The notes under the pieces: model-generated
Database searches by the model: none
The model's input: only the letters and a program-made list of their open reading frames with translations
Told to the model about the DNA's origin: nothing
Program-made: the position numbers and the translations under genes
Assembly: GCA_023444045.1 (NCBI GenBank)
Contig: JAEZRQ010000002.1
Coordinates: 76,102 to 140,101, forward strand
DNA length: 64,000 nucleotides
DNA from: Candidatus Parcubacteria bacterium
GTDB lineage: Bacteria; Patescibacteriota; Patescibacteriia; Patescibacteriales; UBA12465
Reading direction: 5' to 3'
Part shown: positions 54,176-63,372 of the stretch, one piece after another
Numbering within the stretch: the first letter of the stretch is position 1
How the letters are laid out: the number at the start of each line of letters is the position of its first letter

Positions 54176-54980
54176 TAATTTAATCGGTGTTTTTGATTCT
54201 GGCTTAGGAGGATTGTCGGTATTAAAAAATTTCTTAAAAATACTGCCTGGTTATCACTATCTTTATTTAGGTGACACCGCTCGTGTTCCCTATGGTGACA
54301 AGTCACCGGAAATTATTTATAAATATACCACTCAAGCGGTAGATTTCTTATTTAAAAAAGGTTGCCGCTTAGTAATTATTGCTTGTAACACCGCCTCAGC
54401 CCAAGCCTTAAGAAAACTACAACAAGAATGGTTACCTAAAAAATACCCTAACCGCCGAGTACTTGGCGTTATTAGACCGCTGGCCGAAGCTACCGCTAAA
54501 TATAATTTTAAAAAAGTTGGCATTATTGGGACTAAGGCAACAATCACCTCTGGATCATACAAAAGAGAAATCAATGATTTAAACTCTAAAATAAAAGTTT
54601 ACAGCCAGGCTGCTCCACTGCTAGTTCCTTTAATTGAAGAAGGTCGCGTTCAGAAAGAGGAAACTAGACTGATTCTAAAATCATATTTAAAGCCCCTGCA
54701 ACAGAAAAAAATTGACGGTCTAATTTTAGCTTGTACCCACTACCCTCACCTACAAAAAGCTATTAAAAAAATAGTTGGGCCTAAGGTGGCTGTTCCTGAT
54801 ACTGGCAAAATTGTTGCCCTTAGTTTAAAAGAGTATTTAGAAAGACACCCTGAATTAGAAATTGAAAGTAAAAAAACTACTTGTGAATTTTTTACTACCG
54901 ACCAACCGAGGTTGTTTAAAAGTTTAGCCGAGAAATTTTTGGGCAGAAAAATTAAGAAAATAAGCCAGATTAAACTATGA
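54159..54980 (+). CDS. murI: glutamate racemase
   Basis: IGVFDSGLGGLSV, IIACNTAS and LACTHYP motifs. I prefer the start at ATG 54159 over the track start 54075, which overlaps murD by 101 nt. Confidence 0.88.
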   Translation: MSKSSNNLIGVFDSGLGGLSVLKNFLKILPGYHYLYLGDTARVPYGDKSPEIIYKYTTQAVDFLFKKGCRLVIIACNTASAQALRKLQQEWLPKKYPNRRVLGVIRPLAEATAKYNFKKVGIIGTKATITSGSYKREINDLNSKIKVYSQAAPLLVPLIEEGRVQKEETRLILKSYLKPLQQKKIDGLILACTHYPHLQKAIKKIVGPKVAVPDTGKIVALSLKEYLERHPELEIESKKTTCEFFTTDQPRLFKSLAEKFLGRKIKKISQIKL

Positions 54981-55960
54981 TAATTTTTATCTACGGACCA
55001 GATTCATACCGCAGCCGTGCCAAATTAATAGAACTAAAAGAGAAATTTATTAAAGAACTTGATCCTAATGCTCAAAGTCTTAATGTTATTGACGGGTCTG
55101 GCACAACCATGAAAGAAATTAGTGAAAAAATAAACACTGGCTCTTTATTTATCAAAAAGAGAATGGTAATAATTGAAAACATTTTTGAAAACAAAAAAGA
55201 AAAAGTTTTTGAAGAGTTAGAAAATTTTTTAAAAAATAAAAAAGAAGCAAGCAAGGCCGATGAAGATGATATTATTATTTTTAAAGATAGCGATTTAAAT
55301 AACAAAGAAACAAAACTAAAAAAAGAAGCTAAAAAATTATTTACTTTTCTCTCCTCTCAAAAATACGTTCAAGAATTTAAAAACCTCAGCGGCAGTCAAT
55401 TAAACATTTTTGCTCAAGAGGAATTTAAAAAGCTTAACAGAAAAATAGAGACTCCGGCTCTAAAGCTGCTTTTAGAAAGAACAGGAGATGACTTGTGGCG
55501 TTTGAGCTCAGAGATTCATAAACTGGCAATGATGGTAAAAGAAAATGGAGTTGTGACAACTGATGATGTTAAAAATGAAATTAGCGGCAGCTTTGATGAA
55601 AATATTTTTCAACTGACTGATGCTATTAGTGCCCGTCAGCAAAAAATCGCCCTCCGTCTTTTAGAAGAGCAATATCTAGCTGGACTGAGCGAAGATTACA
55701 TCCTGACCATGCTTATTAGGCAGTTTAAAATAATGCTACAGGTAAAAAGTGCCCAGCTGGAGAATCAAAGTCCCACCCAAATGGCCAGCAACTTAAAATT
55801 ACATCCATTTGTGATTAAAAAGAGTCTCTCTCAGGTGAGTAATTTTAGCCTTGAGGAACTGAAAAGAAAACTAAACCATTTAATTAGTCTTGATTTTGGC
55901 AATAAAACCGGACAAAAAGACCTAAAAACCGAACTAGCTCTTTTTGTTTTTAAGATTTAG
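54977..55960 (+). CDS. holA: DNA polymerase III delta subunit
   Basis: Size and the N-terminus MIIFIYGPDSYRSRAKLIELK are typical of HolA. ATGA overlap with murI. Confidence 0.6.
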   Translation: MIIFIYGPDSYRSRAKLIELKEKFIKELDPNAQSLNVIDGSGTTMKEISEKINTGSLFIKKRMVIIENIFENKKEKVFEELENFLKNKKEASKADEDDIIIFKDSDLNNKETKLKKEAKKLFTFLSSQKYVQEFKNLSGSQLNIFAQEEFKKLNRKIETPALKLLLERTGDDLWRLSSEIHKLAMMVKENGVVTTDDVKNEISGSFDENIFQLTDAISARQQKIALRLLEEQYLAGLSEDYILTMLIRQFKIMLQVKSAQLENQSPTQMASNLKLHPFVIKKSLSQVSNFSLEELKRKLNHLISLDFGNKTGQKDLKTELALFVFKI

Positions 55961-56071
55961 ATATTGACACAAAACAATAAATGTGCTATATTTCTCTAAG
56001 TTAAGCGCTGGAGGTCTGTTAGCTTTTTTGTCTAACAACAGCGTCTAATAAGAACTTTAAAAACATAAATC

Positions 56072-57061
56072 ATGAAAAAAATAATTTTTTTCTTTGTTAT
56101 TGCTGGTTTACTCTTATCCCTTATGAGCTGTTCCCCTAAGGTAAAATTAGAGGACAAAATTACTATTGAACAAATAAACGGCCAATATTTGGTCTTGGAG
56201 CTCAACTTAGAACATCACGACCCTGATAATTTATTTTTATCAAAAAGTCATTCATCCGGGTTTGGGACCGAAGGAGAGTGGTATAAAAAAGATAAAGATG
56301 GATACAAAACAATCTCCATTAACTTCTCAAGCCCTCGGAATCTTGACCCTTCTCTGACTTATAGGGTAATTGATACCGTTAGCTTTAATGGTTATTTTAA
56401 TTATTTCAATGAACAAAACTCATGCAATAAAGAAGCGGATAATTATAAACTTTTTAATAAAGTTTACTTAGAAAAAACCCCGGAAATTATAAAGCAAGAA
56501 AGTAAAGAAGACTATCTTTCTTTATGGAGAAAAAATCTAACAATAACAGAAAAGTACTTAAACTATAACCCTCAAGATAAAGCTTTCTTTATTTCAAAAG
56601 AATCTTCTAAAAGTAACAAGATTGATTTAACGCCACTAATTATAATAGTCTTTATGTTTGTGGCTGGATTGTTTTTCAAATCAGAAATTATTTCCAAAAG
56701 CGTTATATTCTGGGCAATTTTCTTAATAAATGTTATTTATATCTTTTTATCTACCCCGGGAATTTGGTATACGACTATTGGAACAGCGGTGGTGGTGGCC
56801 CTTATATTAAACCTATTACTACTTATAGTTTATTGGTTTAGCAGCAAAGTATCGTGGTTTACATTTAATAAAATATTAAAAGAAGAGCGCGATGAAAAAC
56901 ACCCCATGTTTATCCTTACTGCTATTAGTACAGTAACTATATGTGAACTGTTCTTAATAACGGGAGTAATTAATCTATCAATTATTGGTGCTATTCCGGT
57001 AATAATTCTGACAATTGTCATGGCAATGTTGGAAGAAAAAAAATTAAAAACTAAACACTAA
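56072..57061 (+). CDS. lipoprotein-signal membrane protein (hypothetical)
   Basis: LLLSLMSC lipobox-like signal and four C-terminal TM helices. Confidence 0.55.
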   Translation: MKKIIFFFVIAGLLLSLMSCSPKVKLEDKITIEQINGQYLVLELNLEHHDPDNLFLSKSHSSGFGTEGEWYKKDKDGYKTISINFSSPRNLDPSLTYRVIDTVSFNGYFNYFNEQNSCNKEADNYKLFNKVYLEKTPEIIKQESKEDYLSLWRKNLTITEKYLNYNPQDKAFFISKESSKSNKIDLTPLIIIVFMFVAGLFFKSEIISKSVIFWAIFLINVIYIFLSTPGIWYTTIGTAVVVALILNLLLLIVYWFSSKVSWFTFNKILKEERDEKHPMFILTAISTVTICELFLITGVINLSIIGAIPVIILTIVMAMLEEKKLKTKH

Positions 57062-57070
57062 AATAAAAAA

Positions 57071-57102
57071 GAGTCTGAAATAATTCAGGCTCTTTTCTTT
57101 TT
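57071..57102 (+). terminator. intrinsic terminator
   Basis: gagtctgaa-ataa-ttcaggctc followed by ttttcttttt. Confidence 0.7.
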
Positions 57103-57213
57103 AAAACACTGTTTTTCTCTCTTGCTTTTTTCTTTTTTGTTTGTTATATTCTACTAAGAGTTTGAAAAACCCTCTTTTTGTTTGTTTTGTTAAAAATAAA
57201 TAAGCTAAAATAG

Positions 57214-57287
57214 GGGCAATTAGCTCAGTTGGTTAGAGCGCAACACTGATAATGTTGAGGTCGGAGGTTCGAATCCTCCATTGCCCA
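57214..57287 (+). tRNA. tRNA-Ile (GAU)
   Basis: Acceptor GGGCAAU/AUUGCCC, anticodon loop CUGAUAA, T-loop UUCGAAU. Confidence 0.92.
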
Positions 57288-57313
57288 CCGAATCATTTTT
57301 AAATGATTAGTAT

Positions 57314-57386
57314 CGCGGGGTAGAGCAGTTGGCAGCTCGTCGGGCCCATAACCCGAAGGTCGTCGGTTCGAATCCGACCCCCGCAA
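57314..57386 (+). tRNA. initiator tRNA-fMet (CAU)
   Basis: C1xA72 mismatch (CGCGGGG…CCCCGCA) and three G:C pairs closing the anticodon stem. The anticodon loop is CCCAUAA, so position 33 is C. Confidence 0.88.
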
Positions 57387-57407
57387 CAAGTTTTTTTAAA
57401 AACTTAT

Positions 57408-57730
57408 GCCTCGGTAGCTCAGTGGTAGAGCAAAGGACTGAATTTCGGTCCGTCCTGTAGAAACACAGGAATGAAAATCGGGTGAATTCGGAGAAACCTT
57501 AATTATTAAAATTTTTAATAAAAGGCAATTCCGAGCCAAGCCTTAACTGGGATAAAATGTTAAGGAAGGTGTAGAGACTAGCGGGTGAGCCCAACAATAA
57601 CCCCGCCGCGAGCGCCCGACTCCGTCTTTGTAGAAATATAAACGGAGATGATATAGTCCGATCCTTAAGGAAACTTAAGAAAATACTAAGGAAAATCCTT
57701 GTGTCGTCAGTTCGATTCTGACCCGGGGCA
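57408..57730 (+). tRNA. tRNA-Phe (GAA) interrupted by a group I intron in the anticodon loop
   Basis: Exon 1 is 57408..57439 and exon 2 is 57691..57730. Joined, they give a 72-nt cloverleaf with acceptor GCCUCGG/CCGGGGC, anticodon loop CU|GAAAA and T-loop UUCGAUU. Confidence 0.85.
57440..57690 (+). ncRNA. group I self-splicing intron (251 nt)
   Basis: P1 forms between the exon end GGACU and the internal guide GGUCC, with a U.G wobble at the splice site. The intron ends in G. There are P7-like strands AGACUA…AUAUAGUC and a terminal CUUAAG-GAAA-CUUAAG hairpin. The core resembles bacterial tRNA group I introns. Confidence 0.8.
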
Positions 57731-57791
57731 CAAAAGTAGACAAAAAAATGAACTGGTAATATAATTATACTGTTACCGATGGTTCAATTTA

Positions 57792-58481
57792 TTGTTTATG
57801 CGTTCTGATAAAAATTTAGCAATAAAACTTAGAAGGTTAGGTAAATCTTATAGTCAAATAAGTGATGTTTTAGCTATACCAAAAAGCACCTTAAGCTCTT
57901 GGCTAAAAGATATTAATATCTCTCAAAAAGCTCAAGACAAAATTCAATCTAGAGTAAACTCAACAAGCGTAGCTAAACTTATTGAGAGAAATAAAAATCA
58001 AACAAAATTGGCAGCAGAAAGGCACACTAAGATTTATGAATTAGCTAAAAAAGAGTCCCAAGAATTAATGTTTAACCATTTATTTGTGATAGGTGTGGCA
58101 TTATACTGGGGGGAGGGCTATAAACAAGGCGCTAATGGAAGCAAATGGAAGAGTATTGATTTTGCAAATTCTGACCCAGAAATGATTAAGATAATGATGT
58201 TGTTTTTTGTTAAGTTTCTAGACTTAAAAGAATCTGACATTAAAATCCAAATCATGCTTCATAATCCTAAAAACACTAAGAAATCTATAAATTTTTGGTC
58301 AGAATTAACAAAAATTCCTGAAAATAATTTTACTAGCACTTGTTACTCAATTAGTTCTGCTAGCACCAACAAACAAAAGAGAAAGCTGGAACACGGAACT
58401 GTACATTTAAGAATAAATAATGTACAAAAATTCTTTCGTTTAATTGGTTGGATTGATGGATTAAAACAAAAATTTTTATAA
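57792..58481 (+). CDS. HTH + single-motif LAGLIDADG-like homing endonuclease family protein (probable start ATG 57798)
   Basis: N-terminal HTH (LGKSYSQISDVLAIPKSTLSSWLK) and the LAGLIDADG-like block VIGVALYWGEGYK. The stop codon abuts the first base of tRNA-Pro. Confidence 0.6.
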   Translation: MFMRSDKNLAIKLRRLGKSYSQISDVLAIPKSTLSSWLKDINISQKAQDKIQSRVNSTSVAKLIERNKNQTKLAAERHTKIYELAKKESQELMFNHLFVIGVALYWGEGYKQGANGSKWKSIDFANSDPEMIKIMMLFFVKFLDLKESDIKIQIMLHNPKNTKKSINFWSELTKIPENNFTSTCYSISSASTNKQKRKLEHGTVHLRINNVQKFFRLIGWIDGLKQKFL

Positions 58482-58552
58482 CGGGGTGTCGTATACCGGT
58501 AGTACGCATGCTTTGGGAGCATGTTGACTGGGTTCAATTCCCAGCACCCCGA
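58482..58552 (+). tRNA. tRNA-Pro (UGG)
   Basis: Acceptor CGGGGUG/CACCCCG, anticodon loop UUUGGGA, T-loop UUCAAUU. Confidence 0.9.
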
Positions 58553-58664
58553 CATTTTTGGCTTATTTAAGCCAACTACTCAAAAAAACTAGCCCTTGAT
58601 TTTTATTTAGGTTTATGCTAGAGTCTTTGAGTAATAATTAACGAATTTTTATTTAAAACCCTGT

Positions 58665-58925
58665 ATGCCAAATAAGAAATCTGCTAAGAAAGAATTACGT
58701 AAAAATGTAAAACGTAATATCGCCAACACTAAGGTAAAGAATGTAATGAAAAAAGCGGTTAAAACTAGCGTTAAATCTATTAACGCTGGTGAAAAACTAA
58801 GCCCAGAAGTTATTTCTTCTACTATCAAGGCGATTGATAAAGCTGCTAAAAAAGGCGTTATCAAGAAAAATACTGCTGCTCGCAAGAAATCTCGCTTACA
58901 AAAAAAGATTAACACTTTAAAATAA
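58665..58925 (+). CDS. rpsT: 30S ribosomal protein S20
   Basis: MPNKKSAKKELRKNVKRN… is typical of S20. Confidence 0.9.
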   Translation: MPNKKSAKKELRKNVKRNIANTKVKNVMKKAVKTSVKSINAGEKLSPEVISSTIKAIDKAAKKGVIKKNTAARKKSRLQKKINTLK

Positions 58926-58995
58926 TCTCTAAGTTAAGACTCTTTCTTGGATATGACGACATTTCTCATCATTTCTCGGTAGAGCCACTAAAAAA

Positions 58996-59382
58996 ATGTT
59001 AGACAAAAAAATTAAAGAGAAAATTATCAAAAAGTTCCGCGTTCACGAAACTGATACCGGATCAACTCAAGTACAGATTGCTATTTTAACTGAAGAAATT
59101 AAGGAATTAACTGAGCATTTAAAACAGCATAAACATGACTACTCTTCCCGCCGCGGACTACTTAAGAAAGTTGGTGAAAGAAGAAAGTTATTAAAATATT
59201 TACAAAAAGAAAGCGAAGAACAGTTTAAAGAATTAGCAGAAAAACTAAAATTAAAAATTGCCAATAAATTAATTGCTGAAGAAGAAGAGGCTAAACTAAA
59301 AGAAAAGAAGTATGCCCCAGCTGACAGCGACGAATCTTTAGAAGAACCTAAAGATTTAGTAGATGAGGTAATTGAAGAATAA
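58996..59382 (+). CDS. rpsO: 30S ribosomal protein S15 with ~40-aa K/E-rich C-terminal extension
   Basis: [53 protein letters not shown]. Confidence 0.9.
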   Translation: MLDKKIKEKIIKKFRVHETDTGSTQVQIAILTEEIKELTEHLKQHKHDYSSRRGLLKKVGERRKLLKYLQKESEEQFKELAEKLKLKIANKLIAEEEEAKLKEKKYAPADSDESLEEPKDLVDEVIEE

Positions 59383-59406
59383 GACGCATACCCGGTTTAC
59401 AATTTT

Positions 59407-59910
59407 ATGATAAAACACAAAGAACAGAGAGTCGGAATTTTGGTGGATGTATCAAATATGTATCATTCTGCCAAGAATTTGTATAACCGTCGGGTAAATT
59501 TTCAACAGATACTTACACAAGCAGTGGCTGATCGGAAACTTATCCGAGCCACTGCTTATGTTATTAAGAGTGATAATGATGATGAGATGTCCTTTTTTGA
59601 AGCTTTAAGCCAACAAGGATTTGAAGTGAAGATGAAAGGACTACAGACATTTGCCGGTGGTTCAAAGAAGGGTGATTGGGATGTCGGAATTGCCATTGAT
59701 GCTATTAAATTAGCTGATAAGCTAGACGTGATTGTTTTGGTTTCTGGTGATGGTGATTATTTGCCGCTAGTTTCCTATCTGCAAAATAATAAGGGGTGTT
59801 TAGTAGAAATTATGGCTTTTAGAAAAACCTGTTCCTCCCAGTTAATTGAAGAATCAGACGACTTTACCGACCTTTCTAGTAATAAAAAGTTTTTAATTGG
59901 AAAAAAGTAA
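59407..59910 (+). CDS. NYN-domain (LabA/DUF88-like, PIN-fold) putative ribonuclease
   Basis: VGILVDVSNMY…VLVSGDGDYLPLV acidic-residue pattern of NYN domains. Confidence 0.7.
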   Translation: MIKHKEQRVGILVDVSNMYHSAKNLYNRRVNFQQILTQAVADRKLIRATAYVIKSDNDDEMSFFEALSQQGFEVKMKGLQTFAGGSKKGDWDVGIAIDAIKLADKLDVIVLVSGDGDYLPLVSYLQNNKGCLVEIMAFRKTCSSQLIEESDDFTDLSSNKKFLIGKK

Positions 59911-60040
59911 TTAAAATAGCCGCGCTTTTTTAGTGCGGCTAATTTAATAATAAAAATAAATAACGAGCTGCTGGTTAGTAGATAGATAGCGCTGTAATAA
60001 TTTACAGTTCTGTAATTTACTTTCCAGCCTCACTAAAAAA

Positions 60041-62332
60041 ATGATAAACGAACAAGTTTTTAAGACTGAGTGGCTGGGCCGCGAATTGATTGTCAAAACT
60101 GGACGCTTAGCACTACAAGCTGACGCTTCTGTTTTAGTTCAATATGGTGAGACTGTCGTGATGGCTAATGTTGTCCAGTCTAAAACCGAAAGAGAGGGAG
60201 TTGATTTCTTCCCTTTAATGGTTGATTTTGAAGAAAAACTTTATGCCGCTGGAATTATTAAAGGTTCTCAGTGGGTTAAACGTGAAGGCAGACCAACTGA
60301 TCAATCCGTCTTAACCGGCCGCATGATTGATAGATCAATTAGGCCTTTATTTAACCAAGAAGACAGACGCGATGTCCAAGTAATTATTTCTGTGCTCGCG
60401 GTTGATGGTGAAAATGATTATGACATTGTTTCTTTGCTAGCTGCTTCGGCAGCGCTTTCTATTTCTGGTGTTGACTGGGCGGGACCAATTGCTGGTGTCA
60501 GAGTCGGCTTAATTGATGGTCAATTCGTCTTTAACCCAAACTACGAACAACAAGAAAAAAGTAGTTTAGATTTAATTGTCGCTGGCACTACTGAGAGATT
60601 ATTAATGGTTGAAGCCGGTGCTAACGAGGTGCCAGAGGGCGTTGTTGCTGATGCTATTATCGCTGGGCTTAAATCAATGGAGGGCGCTATTCAACTCTTT
60701 AAGGAACTTAAAGAAAAAGTTGCTCCCAAGGAAAGAAGCGCTAAACAAATTCTTAAGACCACTGAAGAAATAGCCAAAGAAGAAGTTAAAAAAGAATTAT
60801 TAGCTAAGGGTGAAGCTTGGCTTAAGAAAAATATTCCTGATATTTTATTTGATAAAATATACTACACCAAGACTGAAAGAAAAGGGGCGGTGGTAGAAAT
60901 AAAAAATCAATTAGACAAATATTTATTTGAAGAAGGTGTTGAAAAAGATGGTCGTTCTTACGTTATTAAAAAATTAGTAGAAAAATTAGTTGATGAGGAA
61001 ATTACTCGTTCAATTATTGAAGATAAGCGTCGTGTTGATGGCCGTGGTATTAATGAAATCAGAAATTTACTGGCTGATACCGCTATTTTACCTCGTGTTC
61101 ATGGTTCATCACTTTTTTCAAGAGGCGAGACCCAAGTGATGTCTGTTGTTACTCTTGGCGCTCCCGGACTAGAACAATCTTTAGAAAGCATTGAAGGCGC
61201 TAGTAAAAAACGCTACATGCATCATTACAATTTTCCGCCTTATTCAGTTGGCGAAGCAGCTCCTTTACGTGGTACTGGACGCCGAGAAATCGGTCATGGC
61301 GCTTTAGCCGAAAAAGCCCTGATGCCAGTTGTTCCTTCTAAAGAAGATTTCTCTTATACTATTCGTGTCGTTAGTGAAACCCTTGGTTCTAACGGATCAT
61401 CATCAATGGCTTCAACCTGTGCTTCTACTCTAGCCTTAATGGATGCTGGTGTGCCGATTAAAAAACATGTCGCTGGTATCGCTATGGGGCTCGCCTCAGT
61501 ACCTGACATGAGCCGTTGGCAAGTTATTACCGATATCCAAGACTTAGAAGATGGTGATGGTGGTATGGATTTTAAAATTACTGGTACTGACACCGGCCTC
61601 ACCGCCATTCAACTTGATACCAAAACTATTGGCCTTGATGAAGCTATTATTCGCCAAACTTTAATTCAAGGGCGCGAAGCTTTAAATCAAATTTTAGGCG
61701 TTCTTAAGGAAGCAATTCCAGCCCCAAGAGCAGATTTATCAAAATACGCTCCTAGAATTATTAGCTTCAGAGTTGATCCGACTAAAATTGGCGCTATCAT
61801 TGGTAGCGGCGGCAAAACTATTAATAAAATCATTGAGGAAACTGGTGTTTCCATTGATATTGAGGATGATGGTTTAGTGATGATCTGTGGTTCTGATGTT
61901 AATATGGTTAATGTAGCCGTTAGCAAAGTTCAAGAAATAGTTAAGGTCTTTGAGGTTGGCGAAATAGTCAACGGAAAAGTGGTCCGCCTAATGGATTTTG
62001 GTGCTTTTGTAGCGCTAAATTCTAACCAAGATGGCATGGTTCATGTCAGTAAAATGGCCCCATACCGAGTCAATAAACCAGAAGACATTGTTAAAATTGG
62101 CGATATGGTCACCGTTAGAATTGACGAAATTGATGACCAGGGCCGAATTAACTTGAGTATGAAAAGTTTAAAGGAGAATGAATCTCTTTGGAAGGATGAA
62201 AAAGGCAAATCAGATGGACCAGTTGGTGGTGGTGACGGACCTAGACCAGGGCGCTTTAGCAGACCAGGAATGTTTAATCGCCGCCCAGGAGGATTTGGCG
62301 GTCGCCGTGAAGAACGCGGACCCCAAAAGTAA
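60041..62332 (+). CDS. pnp: polyribonucleotide nucleotidyltransferase (PNPase) with RG/P-rich C-terminal tail
   Basis: Two RNase PH domains, a KH domain (IGAIIGSGGKTINKI) and an S1 domain, then the tail GGGDGPRPGRFSRPGMFNRRPGGFGGRREERG. Confidence 0.95.
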   Translation: MINEQVFKTEWLGRELIVKTGRLALQADASVLVQYGETVVMANVVQSKTEREGVDFFPLMVDFEEKLYAAGIIKGSQWVKREGRPTDQSVLTGRMIDRSIRPLFNQEDRRDVQVIISVLAVDGENDYDIVSLLAASAALSISGVDWAGPIAGVRVGLIDGQFVFNPNYEQQEKSSLDLIVAGTTERLLMVEAGANEVPEGVVADAIIAGLKSMEGAIQLFKELKEKVAPKERSAKQILKTTEEIAKEEVKKELLAKGEAWLKKNIPDILFDKIYYTKTERKGAVVEIKNQLDKYLFEEGVEKDGRSYVIKKLVEKLVDEEITRSIIEDKRRVDGRGINEIRNLLADTAILPRVHGSSLFSRGETQVMSVVTLGAPGLEQSLESIEGASKKRYMHHYNFPPYSVGEAAPLRGTGRREIGHGALAEKALMPVVPSKEDFSYTIRVVSETLGSNGSSSMASTCASTLALMDAGVPIKKHVAGIAMGLASVPDMSRWQVITDIQDLEDGDGGMDFKITGTDTGLTAIQLDTKTIGLDEAIIRQTLIQGREALNQILGVLKEAIPAPRADLSKYAPRIISFRVDPTKIGAIIGSGGKTINKIIEETGVSIDIEDDGLVMICGSDVNMVNVAVSKVQEIVKVFEVGEIVNGKVVRLMDFGAFVALNSNQDGMVHVSKMAPYRVNKPEDIVKIGDMVTVRIDEIDDQGRINLSMKSLKENESLWKDEKGKSDGPVGGGDGPRPGRFSRPGMFNRRPGGFGGRREERGPQK

Positions 62333-62442
62333 AGCATTGACTTTTTAAAGTCTTTAAGTTAGAATTTCTTTATTAAATCAGCATTTTAAGCAATTAAACG
62401 ATATCCTGAATTTTTAAGAGTCAGATAGCGTTTTAGAAGATT

Positions 62443-62862
62443 ATGTTAACTATAAAATTATCCAAAATTGGTAAAAAAAACAAAAAAGTATTCCGTATGA
62501 TCATTTCCGAAAAAGGCCGTGATCCATATGGAAATGCTTTAGAAATTCTTGGCTCCTATAACCCTTATCACAAGGAATTACAGGTTAAAGCTGAAAGAAT
62601 TAACTATTGGTTATCTAAAGGTGCCCAAATGACTCCAACTGTTAATAATTTATTAGTCGGAAAAGAGATTATTGAAGGGCAGAAAGTTGTGGCCTCTAAA
62701 AAAGGTAAAGTTAGCGAAAAAAGACAGAACCAAATAAAAGCCAAGGAGGATAAAAAGAAAAAGGCGGCCGCGGCGGCAGCAGCTCCAGCTGAAGAGGTTG
62801 TAGAAGCTGCAGCAACTGAAGAAGTGGCTCCTGAAGAAAAGACTGAAGAGGCTGTTGCCTAA
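62443..62862 (+). CDS. rpsP: 30S ribosomal protein S16 with Ala/Glu-rich C-terminal extension
   Basis: MLTIKLSKIGKKNKKVFRMIISEKGRDPYG…. Confidence 0.9.
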   Translation: MLTIKLSKIGKKNKKVFRMIISEKGRDPYGNALEILGSYNPYHKELQVKAERINYWLSKGAQMTPTVNNLLVGKEIIEGQKVVASKKGKVSEKRQNQIKAKEDKKKKAAAAAAAPAEEVVEAAATEEVAPEEKTEEAVA

Positions 62863-62978
62863 ATTAGTGATTAACTGCTAAAATAAAATAAACCTTACTC
62901 ATCTGAGTAAGTGAATATAATTAACAATATTTCTTTTAAAACTGGTACGTCTATCAATTTTGGAAGAAAAATAAAAGT

Positions 62979-63314
62979 ATGGAAGCTCAAGACAAGCAAT
63001 TCTTAGAAACCATTGTTAAACACATCGTAAGCAACCCTGATGATGTTAACGTAGAAAGAACTGTAGATGAAATGGGAGTTCTTTTAACCTTAAAAATCAA
63101 TCCAGCTGACATGGGATATGTCATTGGTAGAAAGGGGCAAACTGCTCAAGCAATCCGAACTTTATTAAAGATTGTCGGTGCTAAAAATAATTCTCGCGTA
63201 AACTTAAAGATTTACGATCCAGAAGGCGGCAAGAGATATGAAAGACCAGTATCACAAGAAGATAATTCTTCTTTAGATATTGATACTTCAGCAATTGATG
63301 ATTTAAACATCTAA
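62979..63314 (+). CDS. KH-domain RNA-binding protein (YlqC/UPF0109-like)
   Basis: The GxxG-type motif VIGRKGQTAQAIRTLL and its position between rpsP and trmD. Confidence 0.75.
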   Translation: MEAQDKQFLETIVKHIVSNPDDVNVERTVDEMGVLLTLKINPADMGYVIGRKGQTAQAIRTLLKIVGAKNNSRVNLKIYDPEGGKRYERPVSQEDNSSLDIDTSAIDDLNI

Positions 63315-63328
63315 ACAAAAACATAAGA

Positions 63329-63360
63329 AAAGCCCCGCTTTCCAAGCGGGGCTTTTCTGT
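63329..63360 (+). terminator. intrinsic terminator
   Basis: agccccgc-tttccaa-gcggggct followed by tttt. Confidence 0.75.
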
Positions 63361-63372
63361 TATAATAGTAAT

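Noticed and set aside
58649-58915. 88-aa minus-strand ORF
   Set aside because: It is the mirror image of the rpsT gene. S20 identity on the plus strand is unambiguous.
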